A stretch of DNA of 64,000 nucleotides from NCBI GenBank assembly GCA_964505035.1, contig CAZDGK010000001.1:12270-76269 (forward strand), given 5' to 3'. Below the pieces are notes generated by a model. It was not told the origin of the DNA. It saw only the letters and a program-made list of their open reading frames with translations, and searched no databases. The number at the start of each line of letters is the position of its first letter. Positions within the stretch are counted from its first letter, which is position 1. The stretch is from an uncultured Candidatus Saccharimonadales bacterium. Lineage in GTDB: Bacteria > Patescibacteriota > Saccharimonadia > UBA4664. The position numbers and the translations under genes were made by a program. Positions 21,692-31,701 of the stretch are shown one piece after another.

Positions 21692-22123
21692 ATGTTCAAA
21701 CGCCTCGCCGCCATTCTCGTCCTCACGTTGGCTCCGCTGACCGCCTCAGCCGATACCGCCAGTGAGCTCGGGCCCACCACGAGCGGAGGCACAGGTAGTC
21801 CGACCGGCGCCTCATCGTCTCTGCAGCCAGCCGGCACCTCACCAGTTCAGTCGAGCACAGGCGCCGGATCCCAGCTGTCTGCTCCCACCACCGGCGAGAC
21901 CCTGCAGGGACAGGACGCGTCACCGCAACTGCAACTCCTACTTCAGCAAGACGCCGACGGCACGCCGCAAAATGTCGCCGACCAGTCCGGCGGCGATCTG
22001 GTCTGGCTCGATGCCCTCGTTGCCTTTGTCACCCTGGCGGCCGTCTTTACCCTCCTAGCCACCGTCGTCCGCCGGCGCTTGGCCCGGCGCCTCACACCGC
22101 ATCAATCCCGCCCCAACCAGTAG
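21692..22123 (+). CDS. Secreted S/T/G-rich protein with C-terminal membrane anchor
   Basis: Signal peptide (ASA), low-complexity body, TM helix followed by RRR. Confidence 0.65.
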   Translation: MFKRLAAILVLTLAPLTASADTASELGPTTSGGTGSPTGASSSLQPAGTSPVQSSTGAGSQLSAPTTGETLQGQDASPQLQLLLQQDADGTPQNVADQSGGDLVWLDALVAFVTLAAVFTLLATVVRRRLARRLTPHQSRPNQ

Positions 22124-22156
22124 CCGGCCGCATCAAAAACGGTTATGCTGAGAGCC

Positions 22157-23806
22157 ATGAAGGCCCGCTTAGCGCGACCCGTATTCGACCGGGACGAGCA
22201 CTATGAATCCGCCTCCCGGCAAATCCGGTGGGTCTGTTTTTCGCTCATTCTGATCACCTACCCAAGCAACCAACCCTTCAGCCTAGTCGTCCTCACCATC
22301 ATGATCGCGGTCGGCGTCTACAACCTCCTGCGCTATCACCCCAGCCTGATGGCCCGGCCGGCCTTTGCGTCACGCATCAATTCACTCACCGTCGACCACG
22401 TTTTTGTGCTGGCCATCGTCCTGCTATCGGGCGGTCTATCCAGCCCGTACTATCCGATGATTTTCCTGCTCATCATTGGCGTCATTGCCTCCTTTGGCGT
22501 GGCCGGATTCGCTCTGGCCCTCGCCGGCCAGCTCATCGTCACGCTCGTCATGCTGGCTTACCGCACCCCCACGCTGCCAGACTCGCCAGAGTTTGACTTC
22601 ATCATCCGGCTGGTACTGCTCGTCATCTTCAGCCTCGTCGCGGTCCAGTCGGTCCGCAGTCGCAACGAGGAGTACCTGCTCGAAACCCGTTTCAGCCACC
22701 GAGTCGAAAACGAGCGTCAGCGCCTGCTCAGCCTCATCAACTCGCTGTCCGACGCCGTCATCGCCATCGCGGCCGACGGCAAAGTCTACCTCTACAATGC
22801 TGCCGCGCTCGCCATCCTCAATACCAACCGCAACATCAATGGCTCACTCATCAGCGACCTCCTACCAATGCACGACTCCAAGTACGCCTCAGTCGACCTC
22901 ATGTCGCTCATCTCCAGCCTCACTCGCCAAACCAACCGCCAAGACCTCACCTACATCGCCAGCGACGGCTCCGAAATGGTACTCGACCTCACCATCTCAC
23001 CCGTCCACGTCATGGGCGGCAGCGGCCGCGGCGGCGGCTACATGCTAGTGTTTCGCGACATCACCAAGCAAAAATCGCTCGACGAAGAGCGCGACGAGTT
23101 TATCTCAGTCACTTCCCACGAGCTACGCACACCGCTGGCTATTGCCGAAGCCAATCTGTCCACCGCACTGCTGCCTGGATTCGCCAAAATTGACCCGAAA
23201 GCTCTCAATCTCCTCAACCAGGCTCATGACAATGTGGTATTCCTGAGCAAACTCATTCAGGATCTATCCACCCTGTCGCGAGCCGAGCGCGGCGACCTCA
23301 AGATCGAAAAAAGCGTGGTTGACCTCAAGGAGCTAGTCACCAACCTAGCCCGCGACTATCGCTCCCAGGCCGAGACCAAAGGCCTCAAGCTCGAGCTCGA
23401 GGTAGACGACGAGACGCGCAATGTCATCACCAGCGAGCCGGAGTTGCGCGAAATTCTCCAAAACTTCCTCACCAATGCCATCAAGTACACCACCAAAGGC
23501 TCGGTCACGCTCGCACTAACCCACCACCAGCACAGCGCCGACGTAACCGTTCATGACACCGGCATCGGCATCTCCGCCAGCGACAAGGCCAAGATATTCG
23601 CCAAATTCTATCGCTCCGAGGATTATCGCACCCGGGCCACCGGCGGCACCGGACTGGGGCTCTACATCACAAAAAAGCTAGCTGAGCGACTCGGTTTCGA
23701 GATCGAGTTCACCTCCAAGCTCAACCACGGCTCGACCTTCACTCTCCACTTGCCTTACCGTGTCAGCGACGAGCCGAAGCCTGCCACCCCCACACCTGTA
23801 CGGTAG
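22157..23806 (+). CDS. PAS-domain sensor histidine kinase
   Basis: About 5 TM helices, PAS (N.AA..IL), SHELRTPL, NA.KYT, DTGIG, GTGLGL. Confidence 0.95.
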   Translation: MKARLARPVFDRDEHYESASRQIRWVCFSLILITYPSNQPFSLVVLTIMIAVGVYNLLRYHPSLMARPAFASRINSLTVDHVFVLAIVLLSGGLSSPYYPMIFLLIIGVIASFGVAGFALALAGQLIVTLVMLAYRTPTLPDSPEFDFIIRLVLLVIFSLVAVQSVRSRNEEYLLETRFSHRVENERQRLLSLINSLSDAVIAIAADGKVYLYNAAALAILNTNRNINGSLISDLLPMHDSKYASVDLMSLISSLTRQTNRQDLTYIASDGSEMVLDLTISPVHVMGGSGRGGGYMLVFRDITKQKSLDEERDEFISVTSHELRTPLAIAEANLSTALLPGFAKIDPKALNLLNQAHDNVVFLSKLIQDLSTLSRAERGDLKIEKSVVDLKELVTNLARDYRSQAETKGLKLELEVDDETRNVITSEPELREILQNFLTNAIKYTTKGSVTLALTHHQHSADVTVHDTGIGISASDKAKIFAKFYRSEDYRTRATGGTGLGLYITKKLAERLGFEIEFTSKLNHGSTFTLHLPYRVSDEPKPATPTPVR

Positions 23807-23950
23807 TCAGCGTTTTGTCAAAGTCACAGACAGGGCGCACACATTCCTGTAACCCTGCACAATAAAACTGGGGACGACCTCGGTATAACTCGTCCGCGCT
23901 CAGGCACAAGCACGTTGGAAAAAACCACCGGGAATGATTTAATAAAGCTA

Positions 23951-25534
23951 ATGGTTTGTCCCAACTGTAAGTCGACCGACATCATTAGTGTGCAAGATGA
24001 GTTTTTCTGCATTGCCTGCGGTCAGACAGTGCCGAAGCCACCGGGCGCTAAAGCCGGTCCGGTAGCCGCCACCGTGACTCCAGACGATCTCAAGGCCGCT
24101 ATCGCCCGCGACCAACCACTGCCAGTCAAGTCTGATATGGCCGCCACTCCAGTTCCAACTCCAACTCCAGCTCCAGCACCGCCCACCCCGCCACCGCCGC
24201 CGGAAGCCGAGCCACCAAAACCTGAGCCTCCCACCGAGCTGGCCAAGTCCGAGCCGCCGCCTACCGTGCCCGCATCCGATCCCGAACCCGAGCCAGCACC
24301 AGCTGTCGCGGCAGGATCGCCTCTCATCATCAAGCGCCGCAAGCCCGGGCGCCCGAAGGCCGGCCGCTTGGATGTGCCGCTCGCCACTCCAGTAGCACCC
24401 GCACCCGTCGCCAGCGTCACGCCCGCCAAACCAGCCGCGCCAGCCATTCGCCCATCCAGCGTCCCGCGCCGCATCCTCACCGACATCGCCCCGCCAGTCC
24501 CGATCATCGGCAGTCCCGGGCAGCCTACTCCGGCCGCCGACCAGCCGCCAGTGCCCAGCCCCGTCAGGCCTGGCTCGTCACTTCACCTCACCCTGCTCGC
24601 CGGCGCCAGCCTGCACGAGCGGATCCGGCCGGCCGTTTTTGGCTGGTCGCTGCTGCCGGCCGCCTTTCTAGCCGTAATCATCAGCGCCGGCATCACCGTG
24701 CTGGTACGCGGCCACGTCAGCGACGTTTGGCAAGCCACTCAGCAAGCCGGCTGGGTGGTCTGGGGCGAACTCCTGCTCATCCTTGGACTCTACTATCTCA
24801 GCCACAGTCTAGTCAGCGCCGCCCTCACCTATGGCGCCGCTCGTCGTACCGACCACCGGCCAGTACCACCAGCCAGGCAATTCGCGGCTGCAGTCAATAG
24901 CTTTGGCCCCCGCCTCGGCCTGGACACCATCCTGACTATCACCCAGGCCGGGGTAATCGCCCTGGGCGCCCTCCTGCTGCTCAGTGGCCACCAAGCTTGG
25001 CCTCTCCCCGAGCTAGGACGCTATGCCGCGGTCTTCGTAGCCTTTGCCGCCCTCACCTACGTCATGGTCGGCCTCATTCTCATCCAGAATCTTGGCCGGG
25101 TTGGCCTCGGCCTAGCCGAGATCCGGGTCGTGCAGCAGCTAGCCATTAGCTGGCGGCTATTTCGCCGGCACTTTGAGCTAGTTGGCTTCCGGGCTCTTTG
25201 CCTCTTGCTCGAACTCATGCTGCTCGTGCCGTTCATAGCGGCCGCCGCCACCTTGCTGATTATGACGCCGCCCAGTCTCACCTGGGTCGTGGCCCTCGGC
25301 CTGATGGTCCTAGCCACCACCGCCGGCGCGTTGCTCGGCGGGGGGACTGCCGCCTGGTGGGAAACTGCTTACCGCCACCTCATTCAGTCAGACTATCCCA
25401 GCGACACCGGCAGCCTACTGTCCGGCCGCGCCGCCGGCAAACCGCAGCCGTTTGCCCTCGCCGTCACGGCTGGCCTCGCCGGTATGCTAATTGTGGCCGC
25501 CGTCGCCTGGCCCTGGCTGTCACTCTATATATAA
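23951..25534 (+). CDS. Zinc-ribbon / proline-rich / multi-TM membrane protein
   Basis: CPNC...CIACG, about 190-aa Pro-rich linker, about 7 TM helices. Confidence 0.7.
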   Translation: MVCPNCKSTDIISVQDEFFCIACGQTVPKPPGAKAGPVAATVTPDDLKAAIARDQPLPVKSDMAATPVPTPTPAPAPPTPPPPPEAEPPKPEPPTELAKSEPPPTVPASDPEPEPAPAVAAGSPLIIKRRKPGRPKAGRLDVPLATPVAPAPVASVTPAKPAAPAIRPSSVPRRILTDIAPPVPIIGSPGQPTPAADQPPVPSPVRPGSSLHLTLLAGASLHERIRPAVFGWSLLPAAFLAVIISAGITVLVRGHVSDVWQATQQAGWVVWGELLLILGLYYLSHSLVSAALTYGAARRTDHRPVPPARQFAAAVNSFGPRLGLDTILTITQAGVIALGALLLLSGHQAWPLPELGRYAAVFVAFAALTYVMVGLILIQNLGRVGLGLAEIRVVQQLAISWRLFRRHFELVGFRALCLLLELMLLVPFIAAAATLLIMTPPSLTWVVALGLMVLATTAGALLGGGTAAWWETAYRHLIQSDYPSDTGSLLSGRAAGKPQPFALAVTAGLAGMLIVAAVAWPWLSLYI

Positions 25535-25577
25535 AGAAGAAGCCCCAGGCGCTGATACGCGCCCGGGGCCCTGTGGC

Positions 25578-27155
25578 CTATCGCTTGATGGCCGGTCGGA
25601 TCTTATAGATCCGGATCGTTTCCTTGAAGCCGGTGAATTCGGCTACCACCGTACCGTACCCGAGCAGGCGAGTGAGCGCCTGACTAGTGGGTAGTTTCTC
25701 CGTGGTGGTTTCGTAGGTGATGATGAAATCGGGCCGGCCGGCTGCTTGCTCACACTCTTGTGCGTGTGTGATCTTGCAGTACGGCTGTCCGATCTGATTA
25801 CCGATAAATTCCTCGGTAATCACCTTGGCATCAGGCGGCGCGTTCTGCGCGTCTGCCATCCAGGCCAGTGTCTGCCCAACGGCGTTGTCCGGGTGGACCA
25901 CGATCCGTTCGGCGTATGACACCAACCCGCCGGCTATGACGAGCAGAGTTAGCGCCGTTACCATCACCTTTCTGAGCTTGCCCCAGGAGCGTTGCCGCAG
26001 CCACAGCTGCAGTTCCGCCGCCAGGTAGCAAGCCGCCGGCACGAGTATCAGTATCAGGTAATGCGGGAGCCACAAGTGCCCCAGCCCAAATACTGCGTAG
26101 CTCGCGAGAGCCCAGGCGAACAGCAGAGAGTTCGCGCGGCGTACCGGTTCGAAGCCTTCATTGCGCAGCGATCGCCACGCCAGAGGCACGTAACCAAACC
26201 ACGACTGCGGTTTACTGCTCAGGCGAACCGTGCGGACAGTTTCAATGAGAACCTGCCAACACCGCCAGAGCAGCAGCCCGCCCACCAGTGCCAGCAACCC
26301 TACCGATGCCAGGTAGATGCTGTACTGATGAACCAGCGGACCAACGGCACTCGAAGTGCCCTGAACCGCACCGCGCGACTTGACGATGCCAGTCGCGCGT
26401 AGCAATTGGTGGTAATTGTCAGATATGAACTGCTTGCCAGCCCACACCGACATGCCAAGTACGAACGCCACACCCATGGTCGCGGCGCCGGCCAGCACCG
26501 TCAGGAACTGACGGAGCCGGTAGCGCTCGAGCCACAGGTAGAGCAATCCGCCCAGCAGGAACGTCACCCCGACCAGCTTGTACACCGTGATGGCGCCAAG
26601 CACGAGCCCGGCTGCGTACAGCCGCGCCCAAGTCGGTCGTGTGCTGAGCCGCCAGAAGCCCCACAGAGCTATCAGCCCCAGTGGCACCTGGACGTTTTCT
26701 GCCCAGCCCACGCGGTTCGTAAATACCAACCAGCCGTCAAAGGCCACAAAAGCTGCTGCCAGCAAACCTGCCCCCTGTCCGACGAGTCGGCGCAGGAGCC
26801 AGGCGACCACGATGACCGTGGCCACGCCGGCGACAGCGCTCAGGAGGCGAGCCTGGGTCATCCCCGAGCCCACCAGCCTGAACCACCCCGCTTCCACCAG
26901 GAACAAAAATGGCGGGTGCGAAGTGTACGGTACAGCCTGGCCGATGTATTCGGCCTTGGCGCTCAGCTGGCCAGATGAGGCCAGCCGCGCCGCGATCGCC
27001 TCATACAGCGACTCGTCTACGTCGTAGCCGGGCCACGCATTTCGCCCGAACCGCAGAGCGGCTCCGGCAGCAGCGATCAGAACCACGGCCAGGCCGTACC
27101 AGTGGCGGAACAATGCGCCCCGCCACCTGTGCCTGTTGGGCACCAAGTTGGTCAC
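25578..27155 (-). CDS. ArnT/PMT-like (GT39/GT83) glycosyltransferase
   Basis: DVDE..Y, HPP, ARL, multi-TM. GGAGGGAGG SD before GTG 27155. Confidence 0.85.
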   Translation of the reverse strand: MTNLVPNRHRWRGALFRHWYGLAVVLIAAAGAALRFGRNAWPGYDVDESLYEAIAARLASSGQLSAKAEYIGQAVPYTSHPPFLFLVEAGWFRLVGSGMTQARLLSAVAGVATVIVVAWLLRRLVGQGAGLLAAAFVAFDGWLVFTNRVGWAENVQVPLGLIALWGFWRLSTRPTWARLYAAGLVLGAITVYKLVGVTFLLGGLLYLWLERYRLRQFLTVLAGAATMGVAFVLGMSVWAGKQFISDNYHQLLRATGIVKSRGAVQGTSSAVGPLVHQYSIYLASVGLLALVGGLLLWRCWQVLIETVRTVRLSSKPQSWFGYVPLAWRSLRNEGFEPVRRANSLLFAWALASYAVFGLGHLWLPHYLILILVPAACYLAAELQLWLRQRSWGKLRKVMVTALTLLVIAGGLVSYAERIVVHPDNAVGQTLAWMADAQNAPPDAKVITEEFIGNQIGQPYCKITHAQECEQAAGRPDFIITYETTTEKLPTSQALTRLLGYGTVVAEFTGFKETIRIYKIRPAIKR

Positions 27156-28837
27156 CTGGCGTCCTCCCTCCATTCCGATGGACGGTTGTTGACGATCAGG
27201 CGCGACCGCACCCGACCGACCCGCGGCATCACTGGCGGCGCAAATCCGCGCCGGGTGAACCGCTGGCAATTACCGTACACGAATGTCGAGCTAAATACCG
27301 CACCGATGAACGGATACAAGACCCCTTCAACGTGCTGAGCCGACAAAACGTTGGTCAAAATGAGCGACAGCGTCGCCGCCGCCATCAAGTCCAACGCCAC
27401 TACGGGTTGATACATCACACCAAGCACAGCCGCCGCGACACCAATCGGTATCGCTATCAGCTGCGCCAGCCGGAAGACCGAGAACGGGGAATAGGGGTAG
27501 GCCACAATGAAGTCGCCGCACCCTCGCCCCGATCGCATGTACTCCCGGAGAAGCGCCCTAAACCCCTCCCGGTGCGATCGGCGAGCCGACAGCAGGGGAG
27601 TGGTGTAGATGGTGAATCCCGCCCGCAGAGCCCGCCACGCATACTCGTAGTCTTCGTACGAGTTCGTGAAATCGGGCCTGGGCTCGTGAATGGCATTCCA
27701 AACTTCGCGCCGTACTGCCAGATTGGCCGTCACCGGTGGTTTGAATTCACCGATGTTGTCCGCCGTGAGGCGGAACGGCCTAACTACACGAGGGGTCTTC
27801 GACCCACTGGTGGTCCGGTCAATAAACCGGCCCCAGAAGCTGTGCGCCACACCCGTCACCGGGCCGGCCACAAACTTCTCGCCGCCGGTCGTCAGCAGGT
27901 CCACAATATTGGCGAGCCAATATTTGCCTGGCATCAGATCGGCATCCGCATAGACAATGATCTCGCTGTCTTGGGAGACATAGAGCATGCCTTGCTGCCG
28001 CTTGGCGTTCGCATCCCGCCCTGGCGAAACGACCTTGACTTCGACGTTGTTGATCGCGGCGCCGGCCATAAATTGACCGATGCCGCTCCACGTCTGGTCG
28101 TAGGGGTCGCCTACCAGGACGAGCTGAACGTTGCGCGGATAGCTGCGAACGTAGGTCTGGCGGTTGAGAGCTCCCAGCAAGCGGCCAATTGAATCGCCGT
28201 TGTTCTTGCAGGGAACCACAATGCTTACCTTGGGATATCGGGTCACGATAGTGCCGTGGTCCGCTGGGTCCGGCTGTTCGCCTGGCGCGAACGTGTACGT
28301 GTCGTTGGCCGTGTAGTTAAACGCAGCTCCGACAATCGCACCCGCCACGTAGGCGAGCCAGGCCGGTAGTCCCAGCCCCGGGATTCCATACCCCGACACC
28401 CACAGACCATTTGTCTGCAGGTTGTACAGGATTTGGTTGAGCCCAAAGGTAAACAAACGGGCGTAGTGGAAGTACAGCCACGAGCGCCGGAACCCAACGG
28501 CCCGGCGGTCGCTCCACGTGATGTACCGGCTGCCGAGGAAGTTTAGTTCCACGGATACCGCACCTTCCAGAAGATAGCTCCAGAAGTTCGGCCAGCCCAG
28601 GACATTGCGCAGGAAGTACAGCAACCCGGCTCCGATTATGAAGACCGAGATGCCGACACCTGCGAACTTAACGACCCGTAGTGCGTAGCGCACGAGATAC
28701 ACGATCTCGCGCCACCGGAATACGTACAGAGTTCGCCTTAGCAGGTAGAAATAACCTACCAGCAGGGTCCACACCACCGAGAACGGTGGCGGAACCCGGG
28801 TGAACCTGTCTGGTACCCCCGCCCGATGAGTTCTCAA
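27152..28837 (-). CDS. GtrA flippase - GT2 glycosyltransferase fusion
   Basis: KFAGVG...NF...R.ITW GtrA region, then SIVVPCKN, DAD, ED.EY..R and C-terminal TMs. Start TTG inferred from GAGGAG. Confidence 0.8.
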   Translation of the reverse strand: MRTHRAGVPDRFTRVPPPFSVVWTLLVGYFYLLRRTLYVFRWREIVYLVRYALRVVKFAGVGISVFIIGAGLLYFLRNVLGWPNFWSYLLEGAVSVELNFLGSRYITWSDRRAVGFRRSWLYFHYARLFTFGLNQILYNLQTNGLWVSGYGIPGLGLPAWLAYVAGAIVGAAFNYTANDTYTFAPGEQPDPADHGTIVTRYPKVSIVVPCKNNGDSIGRLLGALNRQTYVRSYPRNVQLVLVGDPYDQTWSGIGQFMAGAAINNVEVKVVSPGRDANAKRQQGMLYVSQDSEIIVYADADLMPGKYWLANIVDLLTTGGEKFVAGPVTGVAHSFWGRFIDRTTSGSKTPRVVRPFRLTADNIGEFKPPVTANLAVRREVWNAIHEPRPDFTNSYEDYEYAWRALRAGFTIYTTPLLSARRSHREGFRALLREYMRSGRGCGDFIVAYPYSPFSVFRLAQLIAIPIGVAAAVLGVMYQPVVALDLMAAATLSLILTNVLSAQHVEGVLYPFIGAVFSSTFVYGNCQRFTRRGFAPPVMPRVGRVRSRLIVNNRPSEWREDAR

Positions 28838-28985
28838 CCCATCTCCTCTCTCTAGGCTTGTGAAAGGGCATGCCGGCCACGCGGTCGACACTGGCGGATA
28901 CAGCAGCAATCTGCCACAGTATGCAGACCACTTTAACACAAAATGGTCAATATGTGAAGCAGATTAGCTTGGCCAAGCGCCTAGC

Positions 28986-30635
28986 TTACGGCACCAGTTC
29001 GATCCATACTGTATTGCCAGTCGCGCTGCTGCCCAGGCCAGGCAAACTGCCGCCCGCGTAGGCCGTCGTTTTGGCCAGTACCGGTGAGAGCCCGGCTACG
29101 CCGCCAGCCAATGTAGCACCCTTCACCGACAACGTCGTGCCCGTCCAAGCAATCGCCAGATATAGCTGCTGACTGACTGAGGTGTTTATAGTGCTGTCGA
29201 GCGCCAGGTTGTCGTAGAGCGTGGAGGCCGTCGTCACCGTGGTATGAATATCCGCCGTCGATGCGAGCAGCACGTTACTCGAGTTATAGACACCCAACCG
29301 CACCTCGGTCAGTCCGGCCGGCGTCGTCGTCCCCGTGGCAAAGCGGATCTTCGTAAAGCTCGAGGCCACCTTGGCGTAGGCCAGGATGCCATACACCGTG
29401 CCGGTAGTCAGGTTGAGATTGCCCGAGGCGATCAGCCGGCTCATCGTCGACACATTGCTACTACGCCGCAGCTCAAACTCATCAAAGAAGTTATTGGCCG
29501 ATACCGATCCTGTCACATTCAGGTTGCCAGTCACGGTCACGTCACCAGTCCCGGCATTGACCACGAAACTGTCGGTATTAGTGCCGTCGCCCTTCAGGAT
29601 GCGGAATGTGCGCGTTTGGGTAGTGTTGGTGTTGCGAAAAATCCGGTAAGTCGCATTGTGGGCGTTGTCTTGCGTCAGCACATCATTGTCGATAATCGTG
29701 TGGCCATTCACATCCAGAGTCGGCGTTTGATTGCCCAACACGGTGCCCGCCGCCGTCTTAAACTGCAGCCGCCCTGCCATCGTGATGTTGCCAGTCTTGG
29801 CGTCCATAAATATCACCTGCGTGGCGGTGCCGTCGGCCGCATACAGTGCCCAGGTAGCCGTGCTCGTATTGGTGTCGCGGAATACCCGCACCGCCGCCCC
29901 CGTAGTATTGTCCAGACCCACCCCAATATCGAGCGTCGCCACACCGCCGGCGTCCACGTTGTAGGTCAGCTTGCCCACGGTGTAGTTAGTGCCGCTCGAT
30001 GTCCCAGCCGCCACCGAGCCACTGGTTGGGGTATTAAAGGTGATGCCAAACTGCGTGTTCGGACTATTGATGCCATTCTCGATATAGAGCATCGAGCACG
30101 AATAAAACGCCGCCTGCGTCTGATCAGCGTCACTCTTGAGCCTAAACCGGGTCACCAATACCGACGAGTTGGGCCCGGTAGGGTCGGCCGCCGTCTTGAC
30201 CTCCAAGCCGTGGTGACTCGAACCGCTCGGGATCAGGTCGTGCCAGCCCAGCCAGGCCTGTACCCGCCCGTTCACATCAATCCACACCGGACCGCCCCGG
30301 CTTAGCGTACCCTCGTCCTGGAACACGATGTTCTTCTGCACGAACCCACCCGGATCATTGACCGAGTTCATCACAATCTGCCCGGTCCGGGCCGCTTGTT
30401 CCGGAAATGCCAGATTACCACTAAACGTCTTCGTACCCGACGCCGTCTCGTTGCCCGACAGGTGCATCACAGTGCTATCGGTCGCCTTGGCCGCCAGGTC
30501 GCTCACAAGATTGGTGATTTGGGCTTGAGAAAGGCTTTTAATGGTGCCGTCCGCATTGTGCGTCACCATTAGGAAATCATTCAGAATATCGCCCCAGACG
30601 CCGTCATCGCCTCCGGGCTGTGGCAGCCGCGACAC
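28986..30635 (-). CDS. Fibre/tail-fibre-like protein with N-terminal RLPxPGGDDGxWG motif, no signal peptide
   Basis: MSRLPQPGGDDGVWGDILNDFL, fibre-shaft-like 'VMHLSGNETASGTKTFS', internal R.FR.TNT repeat, beta-rich. Confidence 0.7.
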   Translation of the reverse strand: MSRLPQPGGDDGVWGDILNDFLMVTHNADGTIKSLSQAQITNLVSDLAAKATDSTVMHLSGNETASGTKTFSGNLAFPEQAARTGQIVMNSVNDPGGFVQKNIVFQDEGTLSRGGPVWIDVNGRVQAWLGWHDLIPSGSSHHGLEVKTAADPTGPNSSVLVTRFRLKSDADQTQAAFYSCSMLYIENGINSPNTQFGITFNTPTSGSVAAGTSSGTNYTVGKLTYNVDAGGVATLDIGVGLDNTTGAAVRVFRDTNTSTATWALYAADGTATQVIFMDAKTGNITMAGRLQFKTAAGTVLGNQTPTLDVNGHTIIDNDVLTQDNAHNATYRIFRNTNTTQTRTFRILKGDGTNTDSFVVNAGTGDVTVTGNLNVTGSVSANNFFDEFELRRSSNVSTMSRLIASGNLNLTTGTVYGILAYAKVASSFTKIRFATGTTTPAGLTEVRLGVYNSSNVLLASTADIHTTVTTASTLYDNLALDSTINTSVSQQLYLAIAWTGTTLSVKGATLAGGVAGLSPVLAKTTAYAGGSLPGLGSSATGNTVWIELVP

Positions 30636-30793
30636 TAGACTATTTGCCCTCCTGACTCCAAACCAGTTATGCCTCTAGCCTAGCATTGATATCCGGTCAT
30701 CTCAAGCCTCGTCATCTTGCAAATCACCCAGTCGATGATATACTAGGCGCCATGCCCAACCCTGGGCACACCTTCGACCAGAAGGAGTAGGGG

Positions 30794-31408
30794 ATGACTC
30801 AATCCCGTACTGATCCACGCAAAGCGCGGCTCAAGAAGTACTTTGGCAACGCCGCCGGCATCCTCGTGCTACTGGTAACAGCTAGCATGGTCATCGGCCT
30901 CATCTGGCTGGTCGTCACCGGCGTCCAGCACGACAACCAGTTAGCCAACCAGGCCCGCGGCGACAGCCGTGCCTGCCACGAGGCCTTCTACCGGGAGCAC
31001 CATGTCGCCCTCACCCAGAGCGTCATGGTCGACTCGCTGGCTGACGGCCAAGGCGGCTGGCTCGATAATTACTTCAGCCCCGTGGTCGGCGACGTCGGCT
31101 TGGCGCCGTCCGAGCTCAAGGCCGGCCAGGCTACCGATGGTAAGGTGTTCGTAGAATCCGGCACACTCAACGCCACAGACTATGCACTGGACAACAACCA
31201 GCTGCGTCTGTTCATTGAGCGCCACGACGGCCAGCTCTCGGTCACGCTGCTGTGGGACGAGGGCGACCCGCTGGAGATCCCGCACACGCCACTCGAGAGC
31301 ATCCAAAGCCGCCTCGGTGACCCCACCGCGGCGGTAACGGTCAGGGCCGAGCAGGTCTCAGACAAGTGCTTCATTACGGCTGCCGAGAGGGGCGCCGTCA
31401 ACACCTAG
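30794..31408 (+). CDS. Hypothetical membrane-anchored protein
   Basis: AAGGAG SD, single N-terminal TM, downstream hairpin at about 31424-31456. Confidence 0.65.
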   Translation: MTQSRTDPRKARLKKYFGNAAGILVLLVTASMVIGLIWLVVTGVQHDNQLANQARGDSRACHEAFYREHHVALTQSVMVDSLADGQGGWLDNYFSPVVGDVGLAPSELKAGQATDGKVFVESGTLNATDYALDNNQLRLFIERHDGQLSVTLLWDEGDPLEIPHTPLESIQSRLGDPTAAVTVRAEQVSDKCFITAAERGAVNT

Positions 31409-31495
31409 ACGAACCCTCCGACCCCGCCACCGCGTATTAGCTGTGGCGGGATTTTTCGTGATATGATGCAGGCATAAGTGCTGTGAGGGATTATT

Positions 31496-31693
31496 ATGTT
31501 TGGCAAATTTGAAACGCTGCTGGTGGTGCTCGTCATCATCTTGATCCTGTTCGGTGCCAAGAAGCTCCCCGAGCTCAGCCGCGGCATCTCCGAGAGCGTC
31601 CGCGAAATCCGCAAGGGCTTCCGCGACGAGCCAACGGCCGACAAACCGGCCGCCGATGGCGACGCGGCCAAAGCCAAAGATTCGCAAAGCTAG
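31496..31693 (+). CDS. tatA: Twin-arginine translocase TatA
   Basis: E.L.VL..IL.LFG.KKLPEL.R.I...VRE.RKG. Confidence 0.95.
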   Translation: MFGKFETLLVVLVIILILFGAKKLPELSRGISESVREIRKGFRDEPTADKPAADGDAAKAKDSQS

Positions 31694-31701
31694 GAACCAC
31701 C

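Noticed and set aside
23820-23950. Possible riboswitch in this intergenic region (GGACGA/TCGTCC hairpin)
   Set aside because: Only one short stem and no recognisable aptamer consensus.
26909-30305. Long antisense ORFs (26909-28192 and 29244-30305; likewise 34720-35589)
   Set aside because: Shadows of GC-rich genes on the other strand, with no recognisable motifs.
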